A stretch of DNA of 63,328 nucleotides, the filler included, from Conidiobolus incongruus B7586 (taxonomy: Eukaryota): the NCBI GenBank assembly GCA_000697335.1. It is 11 parts of 11 records of this genome, joined end to end, with 100 filler letters (N's around TTAATTAATTAA, not from the genome) between each part and the next. Parts side by side here need not be neighbours in the genome. Positions count along the whole stretch, not along the records: positions 1 to 2,250 come from JNEM01007395.1; positions 2,351 to 16,956 come from JNEM01007396.1; 9 more parts are not named here. One strand, 5' to 3'. The first letter of the stretch is position 1, and each line of letters starts with the position of its first letter. The translations under genes and the position numbers were made by a program. Shown here one piece after another: positions 1-13,231 of this stretch. The notes under the pieces are model-generated. The model was not told the origin of the DNA. It did not search any database and saw only the letters and a program-made list of their open reading frames with translations.

Positions 1-48
1 AATTTTAAAATTAACTCTATAAGGATTTTATATATATATATAATAATA

Positions 49-905
49 TACTAGCTTGTGAAAGTAAGTTATAGAATAAAAATCACTTATATATTTATCT
101 GTAAAACAGTTTATAACTAAATTAATTTAAATTAAAATATATAATTAAAGTCTATCACTTGATTATAAAAGGTTATATTGAATTATTTTTAATATAATAT
201 TGGTTAATATATCAAATCTTAAATTTTAAATAGGGTGAGTCATTAATTTACAAGTTTAGGAGTTAAAAAAATATATAAAACAAAAATTACTTAAATCTTT
301 TTTTAAATTATATATATATATATATATAAATTAGTGTTATTATTCTAAATTATTATTTTAAATAATATTAAAATTAAAATACCTAAATCCTTTTGTAAAA
401 AAATTCACTTATATATTAATTAACTTTATAACAAAGATAAATTAATTTATGAGATTATTGGAATTACTAGTGTTAGTTAGTTTACTATAGCTAAAATAGT
501 TAAAAATTATAGTAAAGATATATTTAAACTAAAACTTAAATATGTTAAGATTATAAATAAATATAATAAAAGGTATATTTATAGGTTAGTTAATATAAAT
601 AAATGTAATATTATTATAAAAGTATAAAAAAAATTAAAAAACTATATAAGAATATTAGTTAATACTAAAACTATTATACATACTTTATATTATAATAGAT
701 ATCATTTATATTTTAAGAAAAAACACCCCCAACTAAAAATATTTTATTGTAAAGCTAGGTAAGAGTTTAAATATCATCATTAAAGTTAAATTAAAATTAA
801 TTAGTATAAAGTTATTTAATTTAATAAAACAAAAATATATTTTAGTAAATTTGATAGAAAAACTAGATATTTCAGAAAAGATAAAAAATTACTTTATGAT
901 TATTA
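49..905 (+). mobile_element. Tc1-family DNA transposon copy A, 5' part, decayed; interrupted by copy B
   Basis: Left TIR (TACTAGCTTGTGAAAGTAAGTTATAG, decayed CACTAGCCTGCAAAAGTGAGTCATAAA) after TA; inner direct repeat GGGTGAGTCATTAATTTACAAGTTT near 233; colinear with the transposase of the 62109-63125 copy up to about 905. Confidence 0.85.
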
Positions 906-907
906 TA

Positions 908-2250
908 TACTAACCTACAAAAGTGAGTTATAAAATCAAAAACACATATATTTTTACTAATAACTTAATTAATATTTAATAAAATAAATCTAAATTAAAT
1001 AATTAAAATCTATTATATTTATTAATTATATATATTATTAAATGATGATATTTAGCTATTAATTAATTAAAATACAAACCTTTAAATTTTTTCTAGGGTG
1101 AGTTATAAATTTATAGGTTTTTAGTGATAAAAAAAATTAAAACCTAGTGTATCTACCTTTAACTTTTCTAACTTTTCTAAGTTTATAGGGTATAGAATCA
1201 ACTAACTTCTTATACTAAAAAGGGTTAATCTTGTTCTATACTTCTTAAACATATTTTTAAAGTTGATTTAAATTTTAAACTAAGGGGAAAACTTTAATAG
1301 CTTTTTTTAATTAATCTTAATGATATTTAATTAGATTAAAATTAAGAGATTAAAGAAACTACTTCATAACTATTATCTTGTTATTTTTAAGCTATTTGGT
1401 AATAAAAGTTGTAGTATAATAAAAGGTATTATCTTACTAGAAAATAATATCAGATTTATTTAATTTATACTATTCAATAGTTTTTTTTAATTTATTGTTT
1501 AGAATACTTTAGTATATTTTAACATTAATTCCCCTATTAACTTTATAAAGATATCTTATACCTAAAAACAACATATATCCTTAAATAATAATTAATTTAT
1601 TATTATATATTTAAATTATATAAACATTATAATAATAAAGTAATTTTATATCTTTTCTAAAATATCTAGCTTTTTTATTAAATTTACTAAAGTATATTTT
1701 TGTTTTATTAAATTAAATAACCTTCTTCTAATTAGTTTTAATTTAATATTAATAGTGACATTTAAACTCTTATTTAACTTTATAGAGGGATTTCTTTAGT
1801 TGGGGGTATTTTTTCTTAAAGTATAAGTGGTATCTATATTAATATAAAATATATATAGTAATATTAGTGTTAACTAATATTCTAACATTGTTTTATAGTT
1901 CCTGCTATATTTTTATAATAATACTATATTTGCTTGTATTAACTAACATATAAATATACTTTTTATTATATTTATTTATAATTTTAATATACTTAAGTTT
2001 AAGTTTAAATATGTTTTTATTATTATTCTTAAGGACTTTAAGTATAATAGATTAACTAACACTAGTAATTCTAATAATATTATAAGTTGATTTATCTTTT
2101 TTATAAAGTTAATTAATATATAAATAGATTTTTTAGAGAAAGATTTAAGTATAATAATATTAACAAAAAAATTTAATATATCTATAAAACATTATATAAA
2201 ATAATAGCAAAATAAGACAAAAATTATAGTTATATATTGTTAAATATATC
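908..2250 (-). mobile_element. Tc1-family DNA transposon copy B, decayed, runs into gap
   Basis: TIR TACTAACCTACAAAAGTGAGTTATAAAATC at 908 after TA; inner DR near 1096; 1120-2250 aligns base for base with 62092-63220. Confidence 0.9.
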
Positions 2251-2350
2251 NNNNNNNNNNNNNNNNNNNNNNNNNNNNNNNNNNNNNNNNNNNNTTAATT
2301 AATTAANNNNNNNNNNNNNNNNNNNNNNNNNNNNNNNNNNNNNNNNNNNN
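2251..2350. other. Assembly spacer (44N-TTAATTAATTAA-44N); also at 16957-17056, 18150-18249, 25612-25711, 41551-41650, 42979-43078, 44679-44778, 47699-47798, 55894-55993, 61992-62091
   Basis: Identical 100-bp N-flanked linker with stops in all six frames, ten occurrences. Confidence 0.98.
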
Positions 2351-5125
2351 ACTTTATATAATTTAATTAACTATAAATTATATGATTAATTTATACTTTT
2401 ATAGCTAAATTAATTGTATAAATAGCATTGAATTATCTAATAAACTAAGTTCCTCTTTTTTCCTCTCAATTCTTACTATTTTTACTTTTACACTATTTCT
2501 AAGATTGAGACTATATTCTGTCAATATTGTAGGATATTGGCACTACCTAATATAAATCTTAATATATCGGTGACTCATCCTAGTTCGAAGCTTAATTAAA
2601 CTTTGTTTACACTTGCACGCTACAGCCACGTTATATTACCACGTTCTACGCCACACTACTTTTATATTAAGTCTTCCTCTGCACTATATTAGTTTAACTA
2701 CCACTACACTTACAAAATTATTCTGAATATTAAATAATAAATATTTTTATTTTAATGATTTATAAAATAGTTTATAGTAAAAAAGTTAAAATTTAGTCTA
2801 AATTAAATAAAAGTTGATATTATTAAAAAACTCAATTATAAAACTACTTAATATCTTTTGAAGACATAACTTGAAGTTAATTAATAATATTAATATTTTT
2901 TTAATCTTAATTTATATTAAAAATATTATTAAATAAATTTAAATTTATTATTTTAATTTGCTAATAAGTATTAAATTTAAATAAATTTGATAGTTTATTA
3001 CCTTATTAATTCAATTATTTATAATAAGAAATTCTAACTTATTATGTTATTTCAAAAAGAAATATTTAGTAACTAATCTTTTTTAAGGTTTTTATCTCTT
3101 GTTATTGTTTTTTATTATAATTAATTATTTATATATTCACTTATAAATATTTGAAATAAATTATTTTAACTTATATAGCTTTAAAATTATGTTTATTAAT
3201 TTATTTAGGATATTTAATAATTTAAGTCTCTGATAATCTAATAAAATAAATATTTAATTTTTTATTAAATTATATACAATGATTTTATAATTATTTATAA
3301 TATATTAAATTTTCAATTAGAAAAATTTGTTATTATTTATATCAAATTAAAAATAATTTGAATATAATTTAATATTCATAAATTTTATTTTAATATATTA
3401 AAAATATTTTAATATTAAAAAAATTAAGATAATTAATCTTTAAAATTTTTAGTTATTTTATTTCAAAATTATTAAATTATAATCTAATATTAGTTATATT
3501 AATTATTAAATAAATATAATATTTATATAAAAAATCATTATAGATAAATAAAGAATTTCTTAATTATTTATGAAGCTATATCTTGATTTATTATTATTAA
3601 AAGACAATCTACTAAAATTCTTGACATATATTTCATATTAATATTTATTGTTCGATATAAATACTAATTTATATAATATGATCTTATATAGAATCATATA
3701 ATATTTCTCATATTAAGTCTAATATAAATTAAATTAAATTCATATAATAAATGAGATTTTTCTCTTTTCTTTCCTATTATAATTAACTACCTTATTGATT
3801 GTTTAATTAACAACTTTTTAACTCTTTAATTATAAGATTATTCTAATTATTTACTAGTTTAATATATTTCAATTATATATTAAAACTACTTTTTACTTTA
3901 ATTTAAAAGCTTTCCTTTATTTTATACCTTCCTTTAATTATAAAACTATTTCCTATTATTATTATTTTGTACTACTTACATATCTTATTAGTAAAGGTTA
4001 AGAGTCAAGAAATATATATATTGGATTAGAAAGAATAAATTATTATTTTATGTTAAATTTAATGATTAATAATTAGTAATTTTAATAGGAAAAGATTGTT
4101 AAAAAGATCCTTGTTATATGAATTTTCTACACAACTAATGATAACCAGATCAATGGTGAAATCAGGAACAAAATATTTTGATATCATGAAAACCCATTGA
4201 TTTGGTAGAAATTGATAGTTTAGTCAGTATGATTATCAAATACAGAGAATTACATTAATAATTGATTGAAATTGATATTTAGTATAACTTAATTTAAAAC
4301 GTTGATTATATTAGCTTGTTTTATATGATATAAAATAATAAATAATAATATATTAAATATTTATATTGATATTAGAAATATTGATTGACCTAATGTAATA
4401 TCACAAAATATAAAAACCTTGTGTATAATTAGCTTAAAATAAGATATATATTAACTTCAAGGCTAATATAAGAAAATTTTCGCAAATCATCAGACTACAA
4501 AATAGGAAAATTTCTATGGTGTGCTGATTACTATACATATTTTGACAATAATATTCGACAAACATTAAATAAGTTTAACATTGTTGAATATTATTTGTTT
4601 TGAATTTTATTCTAAGACCATCTTAAAAATGCAATTAAAATGATTTGTGCATCAGAATCTTAATATAAATATTTTAATATTGATATAACATTTATTAAAA
4701 AATCATTTTTAATTTTGTGATTAATGACATTATGTAATGGGTTGGAATTGCAAAATAATATATAAATGTTTGGAAATATAATTAAAAAATTATAAATGAA
4801 TCATAATCATAATTGATATAAATTCAATATTTGAAATACTTAATCAATATTCTTTTATCTGTGGTACTTGTATGTTATTTTTTTCTAAGTAAAATATTTT
4901 TGGTTTAGTTCATTTCTATAAAATTTTAAAAAAAAATAACATTGAATAATATCCATAGTTAGAAATTAAGAGATTTCTGTGAAAAATTGATGAGAAAAAC
5001 TTCATAGATTAAAATTGATTAAGGCTTAATTGATCCATTATATTGACCTCGTGAGCCCAGTCAAAAACTCCATCGATGTGACTTAAGTGATTCCTGAGAA
5101 GTTTCAAGTTCAATACTAATCATAA

Positions 5126-5132
5126 TGACTCA
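5126..5132 (+). promoter_or_regulatory. Putative Gcn4/Cpc1 (AP-1) site TGACTCA upstream of HOM6
   Basis: Consensus about 140 bp upstream of an amino-acid biosynthesis gene; short motif, may be chance. Confidence 0.4.
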
Positions 5133-5271
5133 CTCTACCAACCCATAATTATTATCAAATGAATAAATTATAATTTTTGAATGAAATGACTTAAATTTAT
5201 TATTTTAATTTCAAAAAAATATTTTGTTATTAGCTGATATTACAATAATATAACAAATAAATATATACAAT

Positions 5272-6342
5272 ATGATTCAAATTGGATTGATCGGTGTAGG
5301 TCTCGTAGGTAAAGCTTTCGTTAAAGAAATTTTCAGAAGGGACAATCCCTTCCAAACTCAAGCTCCTTTTAAATTGGTCGGGTTGATCAATTCTAGAAAG
5401 ATGGTGTTTCAAGCCCAAGGTTTAAGTGGGGATGACGTTCTTAGTCAATTGGAAAGTGGCAGCCATGCTAACCTTGCAGAATTCATTTCGGAATTCGAAC
5501 GTTTGGAAGGTAACAGAGTGATTGTCGACTGTACTTCCAATCAAGAAGTCGCTGAGAAGTATCCCGAATGGTTGAGTAAGAAATTCCATATTGTGACTCC
5601 CAACAAAAAGCCCTTCTCCAGCGACTTAAAACTCTTCAAGGATATTTTTGAAACCGCTAAGAAGCACGGAGTTCAAGTCGGTTACGAATCCACAGTCGGT
5701 GCTGGATTACCTGTGATACGCACCCTTAACCACCTTGTCAACAGCGGTGACAAGGTCGACAAGATCGAAGGTATTTTCTCGGGCACTTTATCCCACCTCT
5801 TCAACACATACTCCAGTCTTAACAACAAGCAAGCTCAAAGCTTTGCTCAAATTGTCAAGAAGGCACAGCAAGACGGGTACACTGAACCTGATCCCCGCGA
5901 CGATTTGAGCGGGATGGACGTTGCCAGAAAACTCGTGATTTTAGCTCGTACTGCTGGATGGGATCTCAGCTTAGAGAATGTTCAAATCGACAATTTGGTC
6001 CCAGAACCACTCCAAAATGTCGCTACCAGCCAGGAATTCCTCGACAGACTCCCCGAATTCGATGGCCACTTCAGTAAATTAAACGAGGAAGCCCTCAGTA
6101 AGAACCAAGTACTTAGATACGTCGGTCAGGTCGACTCCACCGGAACTGCTCAGGTTAAACTCTCTGGCTACGATGCCACCCATCCCTTCGCCTCCCTCAC
6201 TCTCAATAACAATATCGCAGCCTTCAAAACTGCTCACTTCCCCAGCCCTCTCATTATTCAGGGAGCTGGTGCGGGTGATCTCGTCACGGTGTTCGGTATA
6301 TTAGCTGATTTATTAACTATTTCCAAAATTGTCCAACATTAA
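5272..6342 (+). CDS. HOM6: Homoserine dehydrogenase (monofunctional, fungal type), 356 aa, intronless
   Basis: Rossmann GxGxVG; VDCTS; HIVTPNKK; YESTVGAGLP; GIFSGTLS; GYTEPDPRDDLSGMDVARK; GAGAG motifs. Confidence 0.96.
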   Translation: MIQIGLIGVGLVGKAFVKEIFRRDNPFQTQAPFKLVGLINSRKMVFQAQGLSGDDVLSQLESGSHANLAEFISEFERLEGNRVIVDCTSNQEVAEKYPEWLSKKFHIVTPNKKPFSSDLKLFKDIFETAKKHGVQVGYESTVGAGLPVIRTLNHLVNSGDKVDKIEGIFSGTLSHLFNTYSSLNNKQAQSFAQIVKKAQQDGYTEPDPRDDLSGMDVARKLVILARTAGWDLSLENVQIDNLVPEPLQNVATSQEFLDRLPEFDGHFSKLNEEALSKNQVLRYVGQVDSTGTAQVKLSGYDATHPFASLTLNNNIAAFKTAHFPSPLIIQGAGAGDLVTVFGILADLLTISKIVQH

Positions 6343-6765
6343 ATCTTAATTTTTTAATGAAATTAAAATTCACTTATCCAAAATATAATTATGATAATAC
6401 AATGGAAAATTTAATTCATAATCACATTCAAAATAATTAACATATAATTTTTAATTAAAGTTTTATCTATGTATATTTGAATCAATATATGGTGATTATA
6501 TTGATCATTAACAACAGCAAATGATATAAATTATCAAAATTTATCAAAAAAAATTCAGAGAATTTTCAATATAAGTTAAATTATTAAATTCATTAATAAA
6601 TCGCATAAAGTGATCATACTTTGGTAAAAATATACTGAAAAAATCAAATTTTAATGTTTTAATTCAAATAAAATGTATTCTAATAAAAAAATGAGATAAG
6701 GGTAAAATTATGCAATTTAAATGTATGTGAAAAAGGTGTGAGAACGATGGGATGGTATATAGATA

Positions 6766-6839
6766 TGATCTCGCTCAGATTCGAACTGAGGACCGTCTGT
6801 GTGTTAGACAGACGTGATAACCAACTACACCACGAGATC
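6766..6839 (-). tRNA. tRNA-Val(AAC)
   Basis: Minus strand GATCTCGTGGTGTAGTTGGTTATCACGTCTGTCT-AAC-ACACAGACGGTCCTCAGTTCGAATCTGAGCGAGATCA; full cloverleaf, A and B boxes. Confidence 0.96.
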
Positions 6840-6849
6840 TCATTGATGC

Positions 6850-7158
6850 AGTAACAGATCTTACCCTATTTCTCCTAAGTCTCATAACATTCTACTAATA
6901 GAATCATATCACACCCCCATGACTCTATCTAAATTTTGGTATTACTGTATAAATACCAACTTTGGTACAATAATTAATGTTTGGCTTGTTATTGTGTGGA
7001 ATATTTACAATAAACCTTATACTTATTATTGACATATTTCAGTTTATTAGTAGTCTACCTACCAATGTACAGTACAGTTCTAGTTGTGCAGCTTATGGAT
7101 TGGTTACAACTCCCAGTAGATCATGATTTCAGTGATAATGTCACTGAGAGCTGTGACA
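6850..7158 (+). mobile_element. Putative solo LTR (309 bp) just upstream of tRNA-Val
   Basis: Imperfect inverted termini AGTAACAGATCT...AGAGCTGTGACA (9/12); flanking 5-bp near-duplication GATGC/AATGC; TATAAATA at 6948 and AATAAA at 7009; GC higher than flanks. Confidence 0.5.
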
Positions 7159-7629
7159 AATGCTTTCCAATAATGTTACACATAATTAAATTTCATCATA
7201 TCAGATTATTTGAATTCGTATTTTTCTTTAGAATTAATTATTAGAAAATTTTTTTATCTTATTATATAATTTTTTTTAATTTTTTCATCATTCATTTCCT
7301 CATTTATTTTATTTTTACTTATTTAAAATAATTCACTTTTATTTTCTAATTATTATCATATAATCCTTGAGAAAATAAATTTTGTGATTTTATTATCAAA
7401 TTAATCTCTGCATCATTATAAAAAAATCAATCAATAATAATTCAATCATTGTCAAATTTAATTAAAATTGAATTATCAATGTTTTTTTTAAAAATGAACT
7501 CGTTGCTATATAAATTCAAAACTGAAATTAAATCAATTGATATGAATGGTTGGAATTTTCGTTGAGTGAGTTATGATAATTTAATTGGTTTAATTGATTT
7601 ATCACATTCTCAAATTCGTTTATTGTTAC

Positions 7630-9200
7630 CAAAAACTTTTGCATCTGTATCTTCTCCAAAAGATTAGCTTCTTCCCTTGAATATTCCGCCTCATCCTTCT
7701 AGGAGAGACAACCATAGAAATACAGTGTAAAATGATCGAAGTTATGTTGCGATTACGTTAAAATATCACAATTATCCTGAAAGGTAGCAGCTAAATAAAC
7801 AATTACATTTTCAATTTGTCAAAGATAGCTTACAGGAGGAGATACATGTGGAAGTGGAAGAGCAGAGAGACGAGGTGTCAATATTCTGTAACATAGCCCA
7901 AAGATCTGAAGTAGATCTCGTCAATGGGATGGTGGTGAGGTTGGTCAATCGGTTCTAACCAAAGGGGGTAGCGCGTTGTCGAGTTACGTGGAAATGTTTG
8001 GGTAGTGCACTGATTGCAAAGAGCCAGTTTGGCATGGTGTCGAACAGTGTATCCTTGTTGAATTCATATCAATCCAACCGCCAGTAGTTTTTACGGAAAT
8101 ATTGATGCATGTTGCAGTTGATCCCGAAGCACTGGAGCCACAAGTTGGCATCATGTGATGTCGTGGATAGTATGGTGAATATCAAACCCACTAACGATGC
8201 CAACTGGTCGATACTGAAAGAGTTGGACATATGTATCTATCCAACAGAGAGGACGAATTCGCGCTCGTCTCTTGAGCATAGTATTATGAATATGTAGATA
8301 TCGTAGCTTTTCGTCTTTAAGGTAATCTTTCCAACAAATTTGCCTGGCTTTGTGGGTACAAACCATTAATATTCGTGGGTTCGAGGGCCTGTAATTTCTA
8401 ACTTATAATCGTCATGATACTCCACAAGCTTCTCAAACCACTTTAGACAAACATCTCTGAAATGTTGTTCAAAATTGTAGGACTTATGCTTCATCAAAGT
8501 ATCGTCAATGAAGTTGAGTCTTGGAGAAATCTTCAAATTCTTATGATAGCACAACTAATAATCCTAATATACAATTCTAGGGACTGTCGGAAACATATTC
8601 AATAGATAGTTGAATAACAATTTGACACAGTTTGTAAAATTCAAATGTAGATGGGGACATTGGACATCCGCCTAAAACCAGCTTTTCTTTTCAGTATTAG
8701 CATTACAGAAATGCATAGCAATTTTCAAATGCTCATGGACCAAAGGATCCACCAATCTCATCCTGTAGATCCCGAACAGATGGTTAAAGGACGACACCTG
8801 AAACTTCCTGGGATGACGAATTGCTAATAGTTTTGATTTCCGATGATTTGACCGCCCTTTACCACCATCGGGTACCAGTACTTTTCCCCAAATGTATTAT
8901 TCACTTGGTAAACCCACTCTACCAATTCTATTCTTTTGTCGTATATCAAATAGAATGACGTTGGGTTAAAGGAGTACCAAATCACTTAAAGTGTAGGAGC
9001 TAGCAACTTCCTTTCAATTTTAAATGTATTCAAATCCGTTACAGTTTCAATCAAATGGAGAAACTTTTCGCATAATGTTAAGTAACTGCTACTCAAATAA
9101 TCAGGCTCCCTAATGGTTAGAATCTCCGAGTCGTTGTTGTTAAAATAGCTGTCCTGGTATGAAGTAGTGATCGTAATTGGATTCAGTGTTCAATATGTCA
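7630..9200 (-). pseudogene. Decayed protein-coding sequence of unknown family
   Basis: GC-rich island with protein-like minus-strand frames (e.g. ELVEWVYQVNNTFGEKYWYPMVVKGG; LNFIDDTLMKHKSYNFEQHFRDVCLKWFEKLVEY; PLWLEPIDQPHHHPIDEIYFRSLGY) broken by stops and frameshifts. Confidence 0.55.
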
Positions 9201-10415
9201 ATACCTATATCAATTAAAGAATGTTCGAATCTTTTTCTAAAGGAGAGTTACTTTTTTGAAAAGCTTTGATGTAATATAGTTAGGATGGTCAATATACTAA
9301 TTTTTAACTGTTACTATATATATTTTTGGTCATTTTTTATTTTAATATTTTATAATTAATTTATTGATTTATTGATTTATTATTGGTTGAATGTTATATT
9401 AATTGTTATTCTTTACTCTTAATTTTAAATTAAATAGCTAAAATTCTGTCCAATATTTATCAGATGAACCAACTTGATAGATCAATCAATTGTCTGTTAT
9501 GAGTTGATAGATGGTATCGTGAATCTTGAAAGCACATATTAATGTTAGAGACTTATCAAACCAGTAATTTTCACAATATACTCAAAGATTTCACTGAATA
9601 AAAATAGAATGAATTTATTTGAAATTGATTTATATTAAGTGACCAAAAAATGTTGATCGTGGATGCAAAATTAAAATAAAACAAAAAAATGATGAAATCA
9701 ATAAATATTTGATATTTGAAAATATAAAATTTCAAAAGTTATTCAAATAACAATTAATTAAGAAATCAATTGACAATCAATTCTAAAATCAAGTTTAATA
9801 ATTATATGATATAATATTAAAACAATAATCATAGAAGATCTAAAATAGATTAATAATATTTACAAAATAAAAAAAGTACTATAATTTTATCAATAATGTT
9901 ACTGTTAATTTTACAATTCAAACAATAAACTTTTTCTGTTACTCAATCTATATTAGCAATTCAAAATGTTTCAATAATTCAATATTTTAATAAATAATTG
10001 AATGAATATTTCCAGTAATTATATTTCAATAAAAGATTATCAATTAGTGATATATCTTACATAAATAAATATGTATATAATTATTCTAAATAAATTGAAA
10101 AGTTAATTTTAAAAAACAATATTTTTAACTTTAAATGTATGAAATATGTTATGTTCTATTATAATGGATATAATTCAAATATTGCATAACTTAAATACAT
10201 GCTTCAATATTATAATTTATGTATATAAGGAAAAGAATAAACTAATCATCATGACAAAATTTAATTGGAATAAAAAATGTGAATAAAAATATTTAAAAAA
10301 AGATGATATTAATAAGATATCCGAATTATTAAAAGTGAGTAAAAAAATTATTAATTCAATGAGGAAAAAAAATTGTTTAAGAAAAGATAATTTAAAAATA
10401 AAATATTTCCACATT

Positions 10416-10486
10416 TGCCGTTGCGCGGAATCGAACCGCGGTCTGAGCGGCCACAACGCTTCGTACTACCACTATACTACAACGGC
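10416..10486 (-). tRNA. tRNA-His(GTG)
   Basis: Minus strand GCCGTTGTAGTATAGTGGTAGTACGAAGCGTT-GTG-GCCGCTCAGACCGCGGTTCGATTCCGCGCAACGGCA; cloverleaf. Confidence 0.95.
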
Positions 10487-11104
10487 TTAGAAACTTGAGA
10501 TTTTATGTACAATTAAAATCTAACACCAACTTTCATCTTCAACATTTAATAAATTCAATTTTTTTAAAATTCACTTGTTTTAAACTTCAATTTACACTTT
10601 TTCATTATAATTTTAATAATTTTTCAATTTCAAATCCTCTTTGAAATTTTTAAATTCTCTATAAAACAATTCATTTCTATATATCTCTAAAATTCTCTAA
10701 AAAAATAATTAAGAATTTTATGAACTATTATTTAATATAGTTAATTAATTAAATACAACTCAATTTTTTTTCAATGTTGGCAATGATTTTAAAATAATTT
10801 TTTAATCAATCGTAATAGGATTATAAACTTGAATGAGATAATATTAAAATCAATTATAAGCTAATTACTTGATAAAGTAATGATATTGATATTGGGCATA
10901 TATTATAAATTCATCGATTATTTATGATTGTTATTCAGAACTGAATCTATTCAATTTAGTCACAAAAATACTTGGATACATAACTATATTTGAATGATAA
11001 CAAAAAATGAATCAAAATAGTATATTGAAAAATTGATAATGAGATCACTGTTTTAGAATAAATTAATTAATCACTAAGAATGCGAACAATTTAAAAAACT
11101 TGGG

Positions 11105-13151
11105 TCATTGCTCGTCTTGGGGGATGGACGGGAGTGGTTTTGAGGTGTCAGTGTCTTCGAAATTCACTAATCCATCCGTAATCTCCTCGGTCTTGGGTGC
11201 TGCTTCCGGCGCTGGTGCTGGTTCAGATGCGGCGGAGCTTACGTCATCTTCGGTGAGTGGCTTGGGCTGACGAATCCTCCTGGTGCGAGGCTTGTCACTC
11301 TTGTGCTTTTCTGGGGGTGGGGGAGGCGCCAGCATATTCCGCAAGTTGATCTCATCTTGCTCGCGGCGACGCCTGTCGACCTCCTCGGTACCACCTGTCT
11401 TTTTTAGCCTGCGACTACCAACGAACTCGGTCAACTCTTCTTCAAATTCGTTGGGCGTATTTTCCAACTCCCATTTGCGTGCACGTTCATTTTCCTCTGC
11501 TGCTTGAAGACGGCGCTCGTGGTCGATATCGATACAGTGGATTTCATGGAATACTGATTCGAGAGAGAAGTGGTCTTGGGGTGCAGCTTTATTGAAGCGC
11601 ATCTTGAAGGAACCCTGCCTTGTCAACTCAGTAAGCTGCTGAAGTTGTGTAAAAAGTTCTGAAAAGCTCTTATGGTCCTCACAGAGGTCTTGAATAAAAG
11701 CATCATATTCCTTTAGGATCATTTGCTCCTTAACAATATTTTGAAGCTCTTCTTCCCAAGTCTTTTTCCAAGTGGGCTTAACAGTAGCAATGAATTCTTG
11801 TTCAATTAGAAGCTCGGATCTGAGAGCTTCAAGTTCCTTAGCAGCATGATTCATACGCTGGATACTTGGTTTACATTTACGTTTGACAAGATCCAGACGG
11901 AAGTTTTCAAGATCGTTTTGAAGTTCTTCCATGCGGTCGTTAAGTGTTACTTCTGATTGCTCCATTCGAGTCTTTCCAGCTAATATCAGCTTACGCACTG
12001 AGTTGGGCTCTTCAGCGAGTTGTTTATTCAAATTTGAGGTCATTAGAGTGAGATTTTCAATAATATCTTGAGCTTCCTTCTTGAAATCGTTGTGAGTTTG
12101 TCTCAAAGTTGTGAGCTCTCTCTTCAAACACTTAATCTCTTCGGCCATCGCTTCAGCTTCTTTTGAGTTGATGGCTTGATTAGAGATAACTTCATTTGAC
12201 AAATTCGATGACTTCGACTCCTGACTCGAATTCTTTTTGAAAGCTTCTACAACTCTTGTAGTCAAACTATTTCTCTTTTGATTAATTACATCTAATTGAT
12301 TCTTCTCCTTCATTAATTTTCTTAAATCGTGAATTTCCATAGTAAGTATTGAGAAACCAGAATCTAACTTGGAATAAATTTGATTATTTGTATCTATAAG
12401 TAATTAGAACATCAATTAAAAGAATATTGGGAAATAATGTTAAAATCAATATTTACGTTCTAATTGTAACTTGAGTATTGACCCCTCAATAACTTCACTA
12501 AAATCTTCTAGCTCATAAAATACATTGAGTACTGGGTCCTTAATATAGATTTCGGGTAGTTGAGGAATATTGGCAAGATGGGGGAAAGTCTGACAAAATA
12601 GTTGTGTTAAAGCACTTTTACTGCACTCACCCTTGTAAGACACCTTTCTACACTCCGTTTCGGTCGATAGAAATAGACGCTTGAAGTTGACTAACACACC
12701 TAAAATTGTTCGTTCAATTTTATCATCTATGAAAATAAAAAAATAATCAATTACCATTGGATTTAAAACTTCCATCTGAATGATTGGAATACATGCTTTC
12801 GGGCTCCTCCGACAATGTTTTAAATTGTAAAGTTTCACCACTTTGAGGCACTGGGTCGCTGACTGTAGTTTTCAAATCTTGAGAATTAAACAATTGACTC
12901 TGACGCACTGCTTTCTTATCCGTGGCTAAACCCATTTTGAGACGGGTAGTACTGGCTCGCCTCAATGAGAATCTTGGACTCATAGGGTCATTAGGATTCA
13001 AAACGCCAGTCTCGGAGAATGCATTACTCCCACCTGATGAAGTCCTAGTCAGTGGAGGTCTATTGAAAGCCTTGGTCAAATCCATCTCCGTTGAAGTTTT
13101 TAAATGTGAGAGATCTTGATAATCTATAGGTTGACTATTTATATTTTCCAT
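11105..13151 (-). CDS. BUD6: Bud6/Aip3 actin/formin-interacting polarity protein, about 651 aa; exons 13151-12755, 12726-12457, 12393-11105
   Basis: AIP3 motifs IYIKDP..VFYELED...I.EGSILKL, KPTWKKTWEEELQNIV.EQ, LKKTGGTEEVDR; GT-AG introns join three ORF-track pieces in frame. Confidence 0.88.
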
Positions 13152-13200
13152 GTTTTCAATTTTTTATTAATATTATTTATAAATATATACGTATATATCT

Positions 13201-13231
<31 letters not shown>

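Noticed and set aside
2295..2306. Recurring TTAATTAATTAA between N runs
   Set aside because: Artificial six-frame-stop scaffolding linker, not a biological repeat or CRISPR array
2440..2715. LTR-like composition with short CCACG repeats
   Set aside because: No termini, TSD or second copy identified
5230..5418. Short shadow ORFs (also 11283, 12922, 13469, 15160, 15249, 15503, 20986, 22349, 30907, 31122, 52362)
   Set aside because: Overlap well-supported genes in other frames or strands
7029..7244. 71-aa ORF
   Set aside because: Non-ATG start, spans the putative LTR boundary, no motifs
8366..8770. Alternative genetic code (TAR=Gln) to explain in-frame stops
   Set aside because: Intact genes in the window end in TAA/TAG and contain no internal TAR; the region also has frameshifts
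10217..10456. 79-aa ORF
   Set aside because: Starts inside tRNA-His and runs into AT-rich low-complexity DNA
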